Source: a virus. From it: a stretch of 64,000 nt of DNA. Under the pieces are notes generated by a model, which saw only the letters and a program-made list of their open reading frames with translations, was not told the origin of the DNA and searched no databases. Shown here piece after piece: positions 55,463 to 62,924 of the stretch. The stretch spans positions 1 to 64,000 of the IMG/VR virus record IMGVR_UViG_3300045971_000385. The stretch is one strand, 5' to 3'. The number at the start of each line of letters is the position of its first letter. Position 1 is the stretch's first letter. The translations under genes and the position numbers were made by a program.

Positions 55463-56023
55463 TTAATAAAAACCTTTTCCAAGCCCAGTCGCTTTAAGCG
55501 CCTCAGACAGTGCATGTTTATAATCGGTTTTATTTTTTGTTTCATCTGAAAGTTTTATTTTTGATATTAAATAATTAGTTGACTTTGATTCGTTATTTTC
55601 ATAAAAATAAAAACCTAGCTTCTTATTCATTCTATCAGCCATAAATGAATATATTTCACGTTTTGTATTATATTCTTCATCAGAATTCGAATGATCTCTA
55701 TTAGCTAAAAAAAAGAAAGCATCGTATTCATTAAATTTATCTGATAATCCATTTAGCACAGCACCATATACTTTTGCTGTTGACGATTTAGTTGTTCCAC
55801 TATTAGTAGAAAAGGCTTTTTTGTCATCATCTATATCAGCTCTGTAGAAAGAAACTTCAGCAGTTCGTTTCCCAATTAGTTCCTTGAACCTATGATCTAG
55901 AGATTTTCTATCTATTTGAACATTAAATATGCCATCATTTATTTTAAATTGAGATAATTCAAACCTGCCGTTCCTCTGCCAAACTAATTGTTCAGTATGA
56001 TCAAATATTTCCTGCAATTTCAT
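55463..56023 (-). CDS. hypothetical late protein with MKLQEIFD N-terminus
   Basis: ATG at 56023 after GAGG on minus strand; TATAAATA at 56054-61 (minus). Confidence 0.75.
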   Translation of the reverse strand: MKLQEIFDHTEQLVWQRNGRFELSQFKINDGIFNVQIDRKSLDHRFKELIGKRTAEVSFYRADIDDDKKAFSTNSGTTKSSTAKVYGAVLNGLSDKFNEYDAFFFLANRDHSNSDEEYNTKREIYSFMADRMNKKLGFYFYENNESKSTNYLISKIKLSDETKNKTDYKHALSEALKATGLGKGFY

Positions 56024-56036
56024 AGGTTTAAACCTC

Positions 56037-56061
56037 AATAAATAGTTATACCGTATTTATA
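56037..56061. promoter_or_regulatory. interlocked divergent late-type promoters
   Basis: AATAAATA 56037-44 (plus) and TATTTATA 56054-61 (minus TATAAATA). Confidence 0.6.
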
Positions 56062-56071
56062 AGAGATAATT

Positions 56072-57487
56072 ATGTCATCAAATCAAGATCGAATAGATAA
56101 CCTGAAAAGAAAAGTTATCAAAATTAATTCAGTATCCCCAACATTCTGTACAGCTAAATGGTTAACTTCAACCACTACATTGTATAACGGGTTTACACAT
56201 TCGTGTCATCACCCATCAGCACATAAAATTAATATAGCTGATTTAAAAAAATCTGCTACCGCACTACATAATACTCCTACTAAAATAAAAGCACGTCAGG
56301 ATATGTTGGATGGTGTTCAGACAAAAGAATGTGATTACTGTTGGAACATTGAGAATTTAGAAGGTGAACATTTTTCTGATCGACATTATAAAACGGCATC
56401 TGATGGACAGGGTATTTGGTCCAGGTTCCAAGAAGTAGTTGATGTTAAGCTTGGTGAAGATATGAACCCAAGTTATCTAGAAGTTGCATTTGAGAACACC
56501 TGCAATTTTAAATGCACATACTGTTCCCCGGATGTATCTTCTAAATGGATGGATGAAGTATCTAGACATGGCGGATTTAAATTAGCTAATGGAAATATTC
56601 ACCATGATTTAGATTGGCAAAAACGTTCAGGTAAATTTCCAATTCACTACAAAGAAGATAATCCCTACATTAATAAATTCTGGGAATGGTGGCCAGAACT
56701 ATATAAAACTTTACACACATTCCGTATTACAGGTGGAGAACCTTTACTGTCAGAAAATACTTGGAAGATTTTAGATTACATTATTGATAATCCAAATCCA
56801 AATATGGATCTTAAAATTAGTATCAATACTAATATGGGTATCCCGAGGAAGCTTGTTGAAAAATTAGTAGAGAAAATTAATTTAATCCAAGGTAAGTGCA
56901 GGGATATTTCTATTTTTACTTCTGCAGAATCTGTAAAGGAACATGCAGAGTATTCTAGATTTGGTTTAGACTGGGAATTATATACTAGCAACATAAAGTA
57001 TTTTATGGATCAAACCGCTAAACATAGAATTAGAATTAGCTTTATGACAACTGTAGATATTTTTGCATCTGCTTCATTTGATAAATTTCTAGAATATGTA
57101 TGTGGAATTAGAAAGATTTATGATACAAATAGATCTGATTCTTTAGTTGGATTCCATGTAGCTTATTTGAGATGGCCACATCACCAACAAATTACATTAT
57201 TAGATCCAAAACAGAAAGAAATCTTTGGTCAAAAAATGAAAGATGTTATTGTTAAACTTACAGAGGGTGGATCTGATTTAAATGGAAATTTATACATTGA
57301 GGAAATCGACCAGATAGAAAGGTTAGTTGAATGGATGAATTCTGAAACACCCGCGCAAGAGGAATACATAAATTTTGTGAATGTGTTTGATGAAATGGAT
57401 AGACGCCGAAACACGAATCTTCTTAAAACATTTCCGCATTTGGATACTGTTTACAATATCGGACTAAACAATATTAACAAAAAGTAA
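56072..57487 (+). CDS. radical SAM enzyme with N-terminal Twitch/SPASM-like Cys cluster
   Basis: CNFKCTYC; GGEP; N-terminal FCTAKW...SCHH...ECDYCW. Confidence 0.9.
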   Translation: MSSNQDRIDNLKRKVIKINSVSPTFCTAKWLTSTTTLYNGFTHSCHHPSAHKINIADLKKSATALHNTPTKIKARQDMLDGVQTKECDYCWNIENLEGEHFSDRHYKTASDGQGIWSRFQEVVDVKLGEDMNPSYLEVAFENTCNFKCTYCSPDVSSKWMDEVSRHGGFKLANGNIHHDLDWQKRSGKFPIHYKEDNPYINKFWEWWPELYKTLHTFRITGGEPLLSENTWKILDYIIDNPNPNMDLKISINTNMGIPRKLVEKLVEKINLIQGKCRDISIFTSAESVKEHAEYSRFGLDWELYTSNIKYFMDQTAKHRIRISFMTTVDIFASASFDKFLEYVCGIRKIYDTNRSDSLVGFHVAYLRWPHHQQITLLDPKQKEIFGQKMKDVIVKLTEGGSDLNGNLYIEEIDQIERLVEWMNSETPAQEEYINFVNVFDEMDRRRNTNLLKTFPHLDTVYNIGLNNINKK

Positions 57488-57493
57488 CATTAA

Positions 57494-57610
57494 TTACTCC
57501 AGAGTAACACTTATAATTACTCTGGAGTAATAAAACTGTTACACTCTTTTTGCAAATAACTGTGTACTTTACTCAGGTTGCATGTTATAATATCATATAA
57601 ATTGATTAAA
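57494..57610 (+). promoter_or_regulatory. early promoter with doubled upstream palindromic boxes
   Basis: TTACTCCAGAGTAA(57494-507), TTACTCTGGAGTAA(57517-30), TGTTACA(57537-43), TGTACT(57563-68)-17 bp-TATAAT(57586-91). Confidence 0.85.
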
Positions 57611-57623
57611 GAGAGTTCTCAAA

Positions 57624-57905
57624 ATGACAGACTTCTTCACTACAAATGGCAAATCTGGATATCCTTTACCGATAGTTACATTTGAAGCGACATTTATTGA
57701 TTATACAAACTCTGACAGTTCTAACAGATTTGCAAAAATGGTTAGAGCTGAAGTTTTAACAGTGAATATTAATTCTGGTACTATACGTGTCAGAATTTTT
57801 AAAGAAGATTTGCCTCCCGCTGGTCAAGTAATGAATCAAGGTAGAGATGCTCAGGATATTTCAGCTCAATATTTCTTTGATCAATTCAGCATCAAGAAAG
57901 ACTAA
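57624..57905 (+). CDS. hypothetical protein, paralog of 58067-58318
   Basis: YPLPIV.FE...EVLTVNIN.G..RVRI...FFDQF.IK shared. Confidence 0.75.
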   Translation: MTDFFTTNGKSGYPLPIVTFEATFIDYTNSDSSNRFAKMVRAEVLTVNINSGTIRVRIFKEDLPPAGQVMNQGRDAQDISAQYFFDQFSIKKD

Positions 57906-57906
57906 A

Positions 57907-58080
57907 ATGTCAAACTATATTGAGTATCAAGTGGCGAAGTTGGCACTACCAAAATGTCCAGAAGATATAATGTCTATCCAGATAGTTTCTGGAAGTACAA
58001 AGACCAATTTTATTAATATTTCCGAAGAAGAATTAAATCAAATTGCAGCTATTTTAGTAAAGCGCTATGATGAAAAATAA
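57907..58080 (+). CDS. small hypothetical protein
   Basis: ATG at 57907 right after upstream stop. Confidence 0.6.
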   Translation: MSNYIEYQVAKLALPKCPEDIMSIQIVSGSTKTNFINISEEELNQIAAILVKRYDEK

Positions 58081-58318
58081 ACCAAAATATCCGTTGCCGA
58101 TAGTTCTTTTTGAAAGTTATGAAAATCTTCCGAGATTTCCAGGTGAAGAACAGCGTAGAGGTAATATTCTTCTTAAAGGTGAAGTTTTAACAGTTAATAT
58201 AAATGCCGGTTCAATGCGAGTCAGAATTCTTGATGGTGAAATTGCTGCTGGAACAAGGGATGTTAGTGCTTCATTTTTCTTTGATCAATTCTATATAAAA
58301 GATAAAAATGTCATATAA
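58067..58318 (+). CDS. hypothetical protein, paralog of 57624-57905
   Basis: see above. Confidence 0.75.
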   Translation: MMKNKPKYPLPIVLFESYENLPRFPGEEQRRGNILLKGEVLTVNINAGSMRVRILDGEIAAGTRDVSASFFFDQFYIKDKNVI

Positions 58319-58643
58319 GCTTTTTATAGATGATGAACGATTTCCTCCAGGTTCTCAGCATCAGTGGATGATTGCTCGTTCTTCTGAAGAAGCAATTCGT
58401 ATTGTTAGTTTACTTGGCATGCCAGAATTTATCAGCTTCGATCATGATTTAGGTGGAGATGATACTTCAATTGTTTTTGTTAAGTGGATGATTGAATGGG
58501 TTCTTGATTGTATAGAACAGGGTTGTGAAGATAAAATAAAATTGAGCTATTATGTTCATAGCCAAAATCCGGTTGGTAAGAAAAATATTGAAGGATTAAT
58601 GGATTCCTTTTTAGAATTTATTGATGATCGTAGAGTGAAATGA
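58308..58643 (+). CDS. cyclic-phosphate-processing receiver domain protein
   Basis: LFIDDERFPP, ARSSEEAI, ISFDHDLG, VHSQNPVG. Confidence 0.8.
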   Translation: MSYKLFIDDERFPPGSQHQWMIARSSEEAIRIVSLLGMPEFISFDHDLGGDDTSIVFVKWMIEWVLDCIEQGCEDKIKLSYYVHSQNPVGKKNIEGLMDSFLEFIDDRRVK

Positions 58644-58900
58644 GATCAGAATTTCAAAATGGCTATTGGATTTTATGTGGTGGAATTATTCCTAAGCGAG
58701 ATGTAAAAATTGGACAGAAATGGTTTGCTTCTGAAACCTCTACTCCAGTTACAGTTACACAAATTACAGATGACAATGAGTGGGTAACTTACGAAAGTTC
58801 GATTCAACCATCTCATGAGAAAGATAATTTTTCTTTTCAATGTCGATATTGTTTAGTACTAGAATCTGCTGAAGTTCCGTTGGAGTATCGAAATGTTTAA
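58640..58900 (+). CDS. hypothetical protein
   Basis: ATGA-coupled. Confidence 0.7.
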   Translation: MRSEFQNGYWILCGGIIPKRDVKIGQKWFASETSTPVTVTQITDDNEWVTYESSIQPSHEKDNFSFQCRYCLVLESAEVPLEYRNV

Positions 58901-59030
58901 GTGGTTAAAATGGTATTTTGTTACAACTAAACAATGTGAACATAACAAAACCCAATGGTACATGATAAATTGTGGAATGGGCAAAGCAGAATATTGTGAT
59001 GACTGTGGTAAATGTATAAGAATAATTTAA
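58893..59030 (+). CDS. 45-aa Cys-rich protein MFKWLKWYFVTTKQCEH...YCDDCGKCIRII
   Basis: GGAG RBS; fills the gap between flanking genes; CxH...CxxC. Confidence 0.6.
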   Translation: MFKWLKWYFVTTKQCEHNKTQWYMINCGMGKAEYCDDCGKCIRII

Positions 59031-59042
59031 GAAAGAAATAAA

Positions 59043-60164
59043 ATGATCAAAATTAATAACATCAATGAATTCCGCGAACAAGTAAAGCATCGCGAAGAAA
59101 TCCGTGAAAACACTATAGGCAGAGATTTAAATTCTTTTTGCTATATGATCTCTTCAGAAGGTACTTTTGACAATAATGCTTTGCGTGAATGCCGTGGTAT
59201 TGTTTTCAATACTGTAACAGGTCAAGTAGTATCTCGTCCACTACATAAATTCTTCAATGTAAATGAACGCGCTGAAACTCGAGTTGAAAATCTTGATTGG
59301 TCTAAAGTTACTCGTGTTATGGACAAACGTGATGGTTCCATGATTCATACTGTTATTACTGATGATGGTTTTAAGTTGAAGTCTAAGAAGACTTTTGATT
59401 CTGAAGTTGCTAAGTCTGCTTCTGCATGGCTTGAAACTCCAGAAGGTGCTTCAGCAAAGCGTGTATGTCAGTATGCAACTTCGCATAATCTTACTGCTAT
59501 TTTTGAGTGGACAGCCCCAGATGCACGAATCGTTCTTTTCTACCCAGAAAAGAAATTGACTCTGTTACATATCCGCGACAATGTTACTGGTGATTATTTT
59601 CCATATCATAAATTGGAACTGATAAAGTCAATGACTGATGTTGAAATAGTGTTTGATTTAGTTACTGAATATGGTGTCACTGGAACTGATTTGCTAGAAC
59701 AAGCAAAAACTGAAGAAGGTATTGAAGGTTGGGTAGTTCAGTTCGAAGATGGTAACATGGTAAAAATCAAAACTGATTGGTATATGCTGCGTCACCGCGC
59801 TATGACTTTCATTCGTGAACGTGATATCGCTATGCTTGCTATCGAAGAAGGTTTGGATGACATGAAGGCAATGTTAGTTGGCGATGGTATTGATATCTCT
59901 GATATCCTTAATATCGAAAATGATGTTGTAACTGTTTTGAATGTTCTTGCTCATTCAGTTGATACTATTGTTCAAGAAGATGGGCGAATGATTCGTAAAG
60001 ACTTTGCTATTAAGCATAAAGAACATCCGCATTTTGGTTTGCTTATGGCAAAGTTTGTAGGTCATGATCCAGACTTCAAGGCATATTTTGAAAAGAATGT
60101 ACTTCGTGAACGTTATACTCTGCGCCAATTGGTACTAGTACCTTCTGTTGCAGAAGTTGATTAA
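59043..60164 (+). CDS. rnlA: RNA ligase 1 (T4 RnlA-like)
   Basis: ECRG, KFFN, motif I KRDGSMI, TAIFEW, EGWVV, MVKIKTDWY. Confidence 0.9.
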   Translation: MIKINNINEFREQVKHREEIRENTIGRDLNSFCYMISSEGTFDNNALRECRGIVFNTVTGQVVSRPLHKFFNVNERAETRVENLDWSKVTRVMDKRDGSMIHTVITDDGFKLKSKKTFDSEVAKSASAWLETPEGASAKRVCQYATSHNLTAIFEWTAPDARIVLFYPEKKLTLLHIRDNVTGDYFPYHKLELIKSMTDVEIVFDLVTEYGVTGTDLLEQAKTEEGIEGWVVQFEDGNMVKIKTDWYMLRHRAMTFIRERDIAMLAIEEGLDDMKAMLVGDGIDISDILNIENDVVTVLNVLAHSVDTIVQEDGRMIRKDFAIKHKEHPHFGLLMAKFVGHDPDFKAYFEKNVLRERYTLRQLVLVPSVAEVD

Positions 60165-60165
60165 C

Positions 60166-60912
60166 ATGACTGAAACATTATTCGATGTTTACATGCGCTC
60201 AAAGGAAGAAGCTCTAGAGCTAGCCTTTGAGATGCAGAGTAAAGAGTGTCCATATGAAAAGGATATTCTTCAAATATGGTCAGCGACTTTAGGTACAGAT
60301 CTTCAAACATCTTATGCACGCAGTAGATGGGCAACTCGAGAAGAAATAGCAACTCGAAAATATAAGATGGGTTTTAGTTCAGCAAATCGATTTACATTTG
60401 ATTGGCTAGATGCACTTTATGACCCTAAAACTTTTAAACAGATTCCAAATATTACAGGTAAAAGAATGTTAAACGGCTACGTAAAAATTTCAGATTTAAA
60501 TAGCAACACTGTTTATTACATTATTGAAAATGTTTTCAATAAAACATTTCATGCAGATGCTAAAGTCTTCTTGGAATGTCCGATGATGATGCGGGTTGAA
60601 CATTCTGATTTTGTTATCGTTAAGGGAAATGAATTTCTTAAAACAAGAATTCAGTTAACGGATATGGTTGAAAAATGCCTAGCTGGTAGTGTCAAAAACC
60701 CGAAAGAATTAAAGTCGGATATTGTTAAGGTTGAGGAATATAGAGGTTGGAAGATTTCAATTAAAGACAATTTTAATTATCCAACTTATAAATTTGAGTG
60801 GAATATTACTAAAGGGGTACTCAATTTCAATGATCCTACTTCTGCACAAAATATCGAAACTTCTGTTCTCTGGGCAAAAGAACGAATTGATTATTTTGAG
60901 GATGAGCAATGA
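60166..60912 (+). CDS. hypothetical protein
   Basis: ATG at 60166 just after ligase stop. Confidence 0.7.
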   Translation: MTETLFDVYMRSKEEALELAFEMQSKECPYEKDILQIWSATLGTDLQTSYARSRWATREEIATRKYKMGFSSANRFTFDWLDALYDPKTFKQIPNITGKRMLNGYVKISDLNSNTVYYIIENVFNKTFHADAKVFLECPMMMRVEHSDFVIVKGNEFLKTRIQLTDMVEKCLAGSVKNPKELKSDIVKVEEYRGWKISIKDNFNYPTYKFEWNITKGVLNFNDPTSAQNIETSVLWAKERIDYFEDEQ

Positions 60913-61280
60913 AAGTAAGTGAACGTAAAGAGGGGATGCTTTTAGGACCAAATGAAAAGCATCACCCTAATAAAAATGAATCAAAAGAACTTCGCCGCTT
61001 AATGCAGAAGTCAGGTGAGACAGAAGACCAAGTTCGTGCGAAGAAAGAAAATCGAATCAAATTATCAACCGCGCAGAAACCAAAAGAATCAAATGATGAA
61101 TCAATTAACAAGAGATATAAATTTCTAGTTAAGCGTGCTAAACATCGCATCGCAAAATATTTAAATGTCAATGTTTGGGATGAACAAGTTGAAATCGAAA
61201 TGAAAGAAAGCAATTCATTTAGAGGATCAAAGTACGATAGTTGCTGGTATGAAGCTGGCGGCAATTACAGATACCGTTAA
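60909..61280 (+). CDS. basic hypothetical protein
   Basis: ATGA-coupled, GAGG RBS. Confidence 0.7.
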   Translation: MKVSERKEGMLLGPNEKHHPNKNESKELRRLMQKSGETEDQVRAKKENRIKLSTAQKPKESNDESINKRYKFLVKRAKHRIAKYLNVNVWDEQVEIEMKESNSFRGSKYDSCWYEAGGNYRYR

Positions 61281-61286
61281 TCCCAG

Positions 61287-61315
61287 TTTACAATTTATTA
61301 AACCTGTGATATAAT
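61287..61315 (+). promoter_or_regulatory. early-type promoter
   Basis: TTTACA(61287-92)-17 bp-TATAAT(61310-15) with TG extension. Confidence 0.75.
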
Positions 61316-61342
61316 TATATCTTACAAAGATGAAAGAATAAT

Positions 61343-62431
61343 ATGGACTTCAGAAAACTAGTTACCATCAAAAATATTGATGCTCTTAACCCAATTCCTG
61401 ATGCAGATGCAATCGAGGTTGCAACTATTGGCGGCTGGAAAGTTGTTGTTAAGAAGGGTGAATTTAAAGTTGGAGACAAGTGTATCTACTTTGAAATTGA
61501 TTCTTTTTTGCCGAAGTCTGATTTGCGTTTCGAATTCTTAATGAATCATGGTGTACGAATGTTCGAGGGAGTTGAAGGACATGTTCTTCGTACTGTTAGA
61601 CTTCGTGGTCAGATTAGTCAGGGTCTAGCATTACCAGTTCAAAGTTTTATTGGCGATTTTGCTGGAAGTAAATTTGATGAAGGCCAAGAACTTTGCGAAT
61701 TTTTCTTCCCAGGAAATGATTTAACTGATTTTCTGAATATTAAAAAGTGGGAACCTACTATTCCGCCAAATATGGCTGGACAAGTTAAAGGTGCTTTCCC
61801 GAGCTTCATGATTAAAACAGATCAAGAACGTTGCCAGAATCTTATTGACGAAATCTTTATCGAAAATAAAGATTCACGTTATGAAGTGTCTATGAAAATG
61901 GATGGTGCTTCTGTTACTTTCTACACAAAAGGCGGAGAGTCTGGTGTATGTAGCCGAAATCTAGAATTGAAAGTGCATGAAGAAAATAAAGATAATACTT
62001 TAATTAAATTATTTGTTGATTCTGGTTTACAACGATGCTTTGGCGAAATGAGCGACGTAGTTGCGATGGCCATTCAAGGTGAAATGATGGGTCCTGGTAT
62101 TCAAGGTAACCCAGAAAAATTCACTAAGCCGCAATTTTTTGTTTTTGATATGCAGAACATTCATTCACTTGAACAGTTAACCTCTGTTGAGAGATCGAGT
62201 ATTTTAAGCGATCTAGCAGATCACGGTTGTATTCTGCAACATGTACCTGTTCTTCATCGTGGTGTTACTCTTGCCGATTTAGGTATTACAAACTGCGAAG
62301 AGCTGTTAAAGTTCGCAGAAGGAAAGAGTCTAGTTGGCCCAATCAGAGAAGGATTGGTTTTCAAACGTATGGATGGACAATTTAGCTTCAAAGCTATCAG
62401 CAATGAATTTTTAAGAAAGAAGAAAGACTAA
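61343..62431 (+). CDS. RNA ligase, DRB0094/Rnl5 family
   Basis: N-terminal OB-like IPDADAIE...RLRGQISQG; KTDQER; KMDGAS; CSRN; QGE; FFVFD; REGLV; FKAIS. Confidence 0.9.
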   Translation: MDFRKLVTIKNIDALNPIPDADAIEVATIGGWKVVVKKGEFKVGDKCIYFEIDSFLPKSDLRFEFLMNHGVRMFEGVEGHVLRTVRLRGQISQGLALPVQSFIGDFAGSKFDEGQELCEFFFPGNDLTDFLNIKKWEPTIPPNMAGQVKGAFPSFMIKTDQERCQNLIDEIFIENKDSRYEVSMKMDGASVTFYTKGGESGVCSRNLELKVHEENKDNTLIKLFVDSGLQRCFGEMSDVVAMAIQGEMMGPGIQGNPEKFTKPQFFVFDMQNIHSLEQLTSVERSSILSDLADHGCILQHVPVLHRGVTLADLGITNCEELLKFAEGKSLVGPIREGLVFKRMDGQFSFKAISNEFLRKKKD

Positions 62432-62432
62432 C

Positions 62433-62552
62433 ATGGACAGTATGAGTAGAAAAGAACGAATACAACTTAAGGCAAAAATAGTATTAACTGTAGGTTCGTT
62501 AATTTTGCTCATTTCTGTCTGTACTTTTGCTATTGTTATGTCAAAAATCTGA
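62433..62552 (+). CDS. 39-aa single-TM protein
   Basis: MDSMSRKERIQLKAKIVLTVGSLILLISVCTFAIVMSKI. Confidence 0.5.
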   Translation: MDSMSRKERIQLKAKIVLTVGSLILLISVCTFAIVMSKI

Positions 62553-62575
62553 TTTAAACACTGCTAAAATATAGC

Positions 62576-62583
62576 TATAAATA
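62576..62583 (+). promoter_or_regulatory. T4-type late promoter TATAAATA
   Basis: exact consensus upstream of 62613. Confidence 0.7.
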
Positions 62584-62612
62584 TTTTATGCAAATAGATT
62601 ATGGTGATATGA

Positions 62613-62924
62613 ATGGCAGCAATTGAATTTAAATATCAAACAATGTTCACCTGCAGTGTTCCTGCAGGTGTTATTGTTGTGAAGGATTTTAGTGAAATTA
62701 TTTCGTCAAATGAAAGATTATCATCAGACGAAATAGTTCAAACTATTAAACTTTCATTTGAAAATGCTGATATACGAGTAGATGATTTAATCATGTCAGC
62801 TGACATGGGGCATTGCGACGTGTATATATCAGGAGAAGATTTTTATATTAGAGTAATTATTAGAGTTCGGGCGAGTTTGGTTGTAGGCGATTTAATTTTC
62901 AAATTAGATGAGTTGGACATTTAA
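62613..62924 (+). CDS. hypothetical protein
   Basis: GGTG RBS, after late promoter. Confidence 0.65.
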   Translation: MAAIEFKYQTMFTCSVPAGVIVVKDFSEIISSNERLSSDEIVQTIKLSFENADIRVDDLIMSADMGHCDVYISGEDFYIRVIIRVRASLVVGDLIFKLDELDI

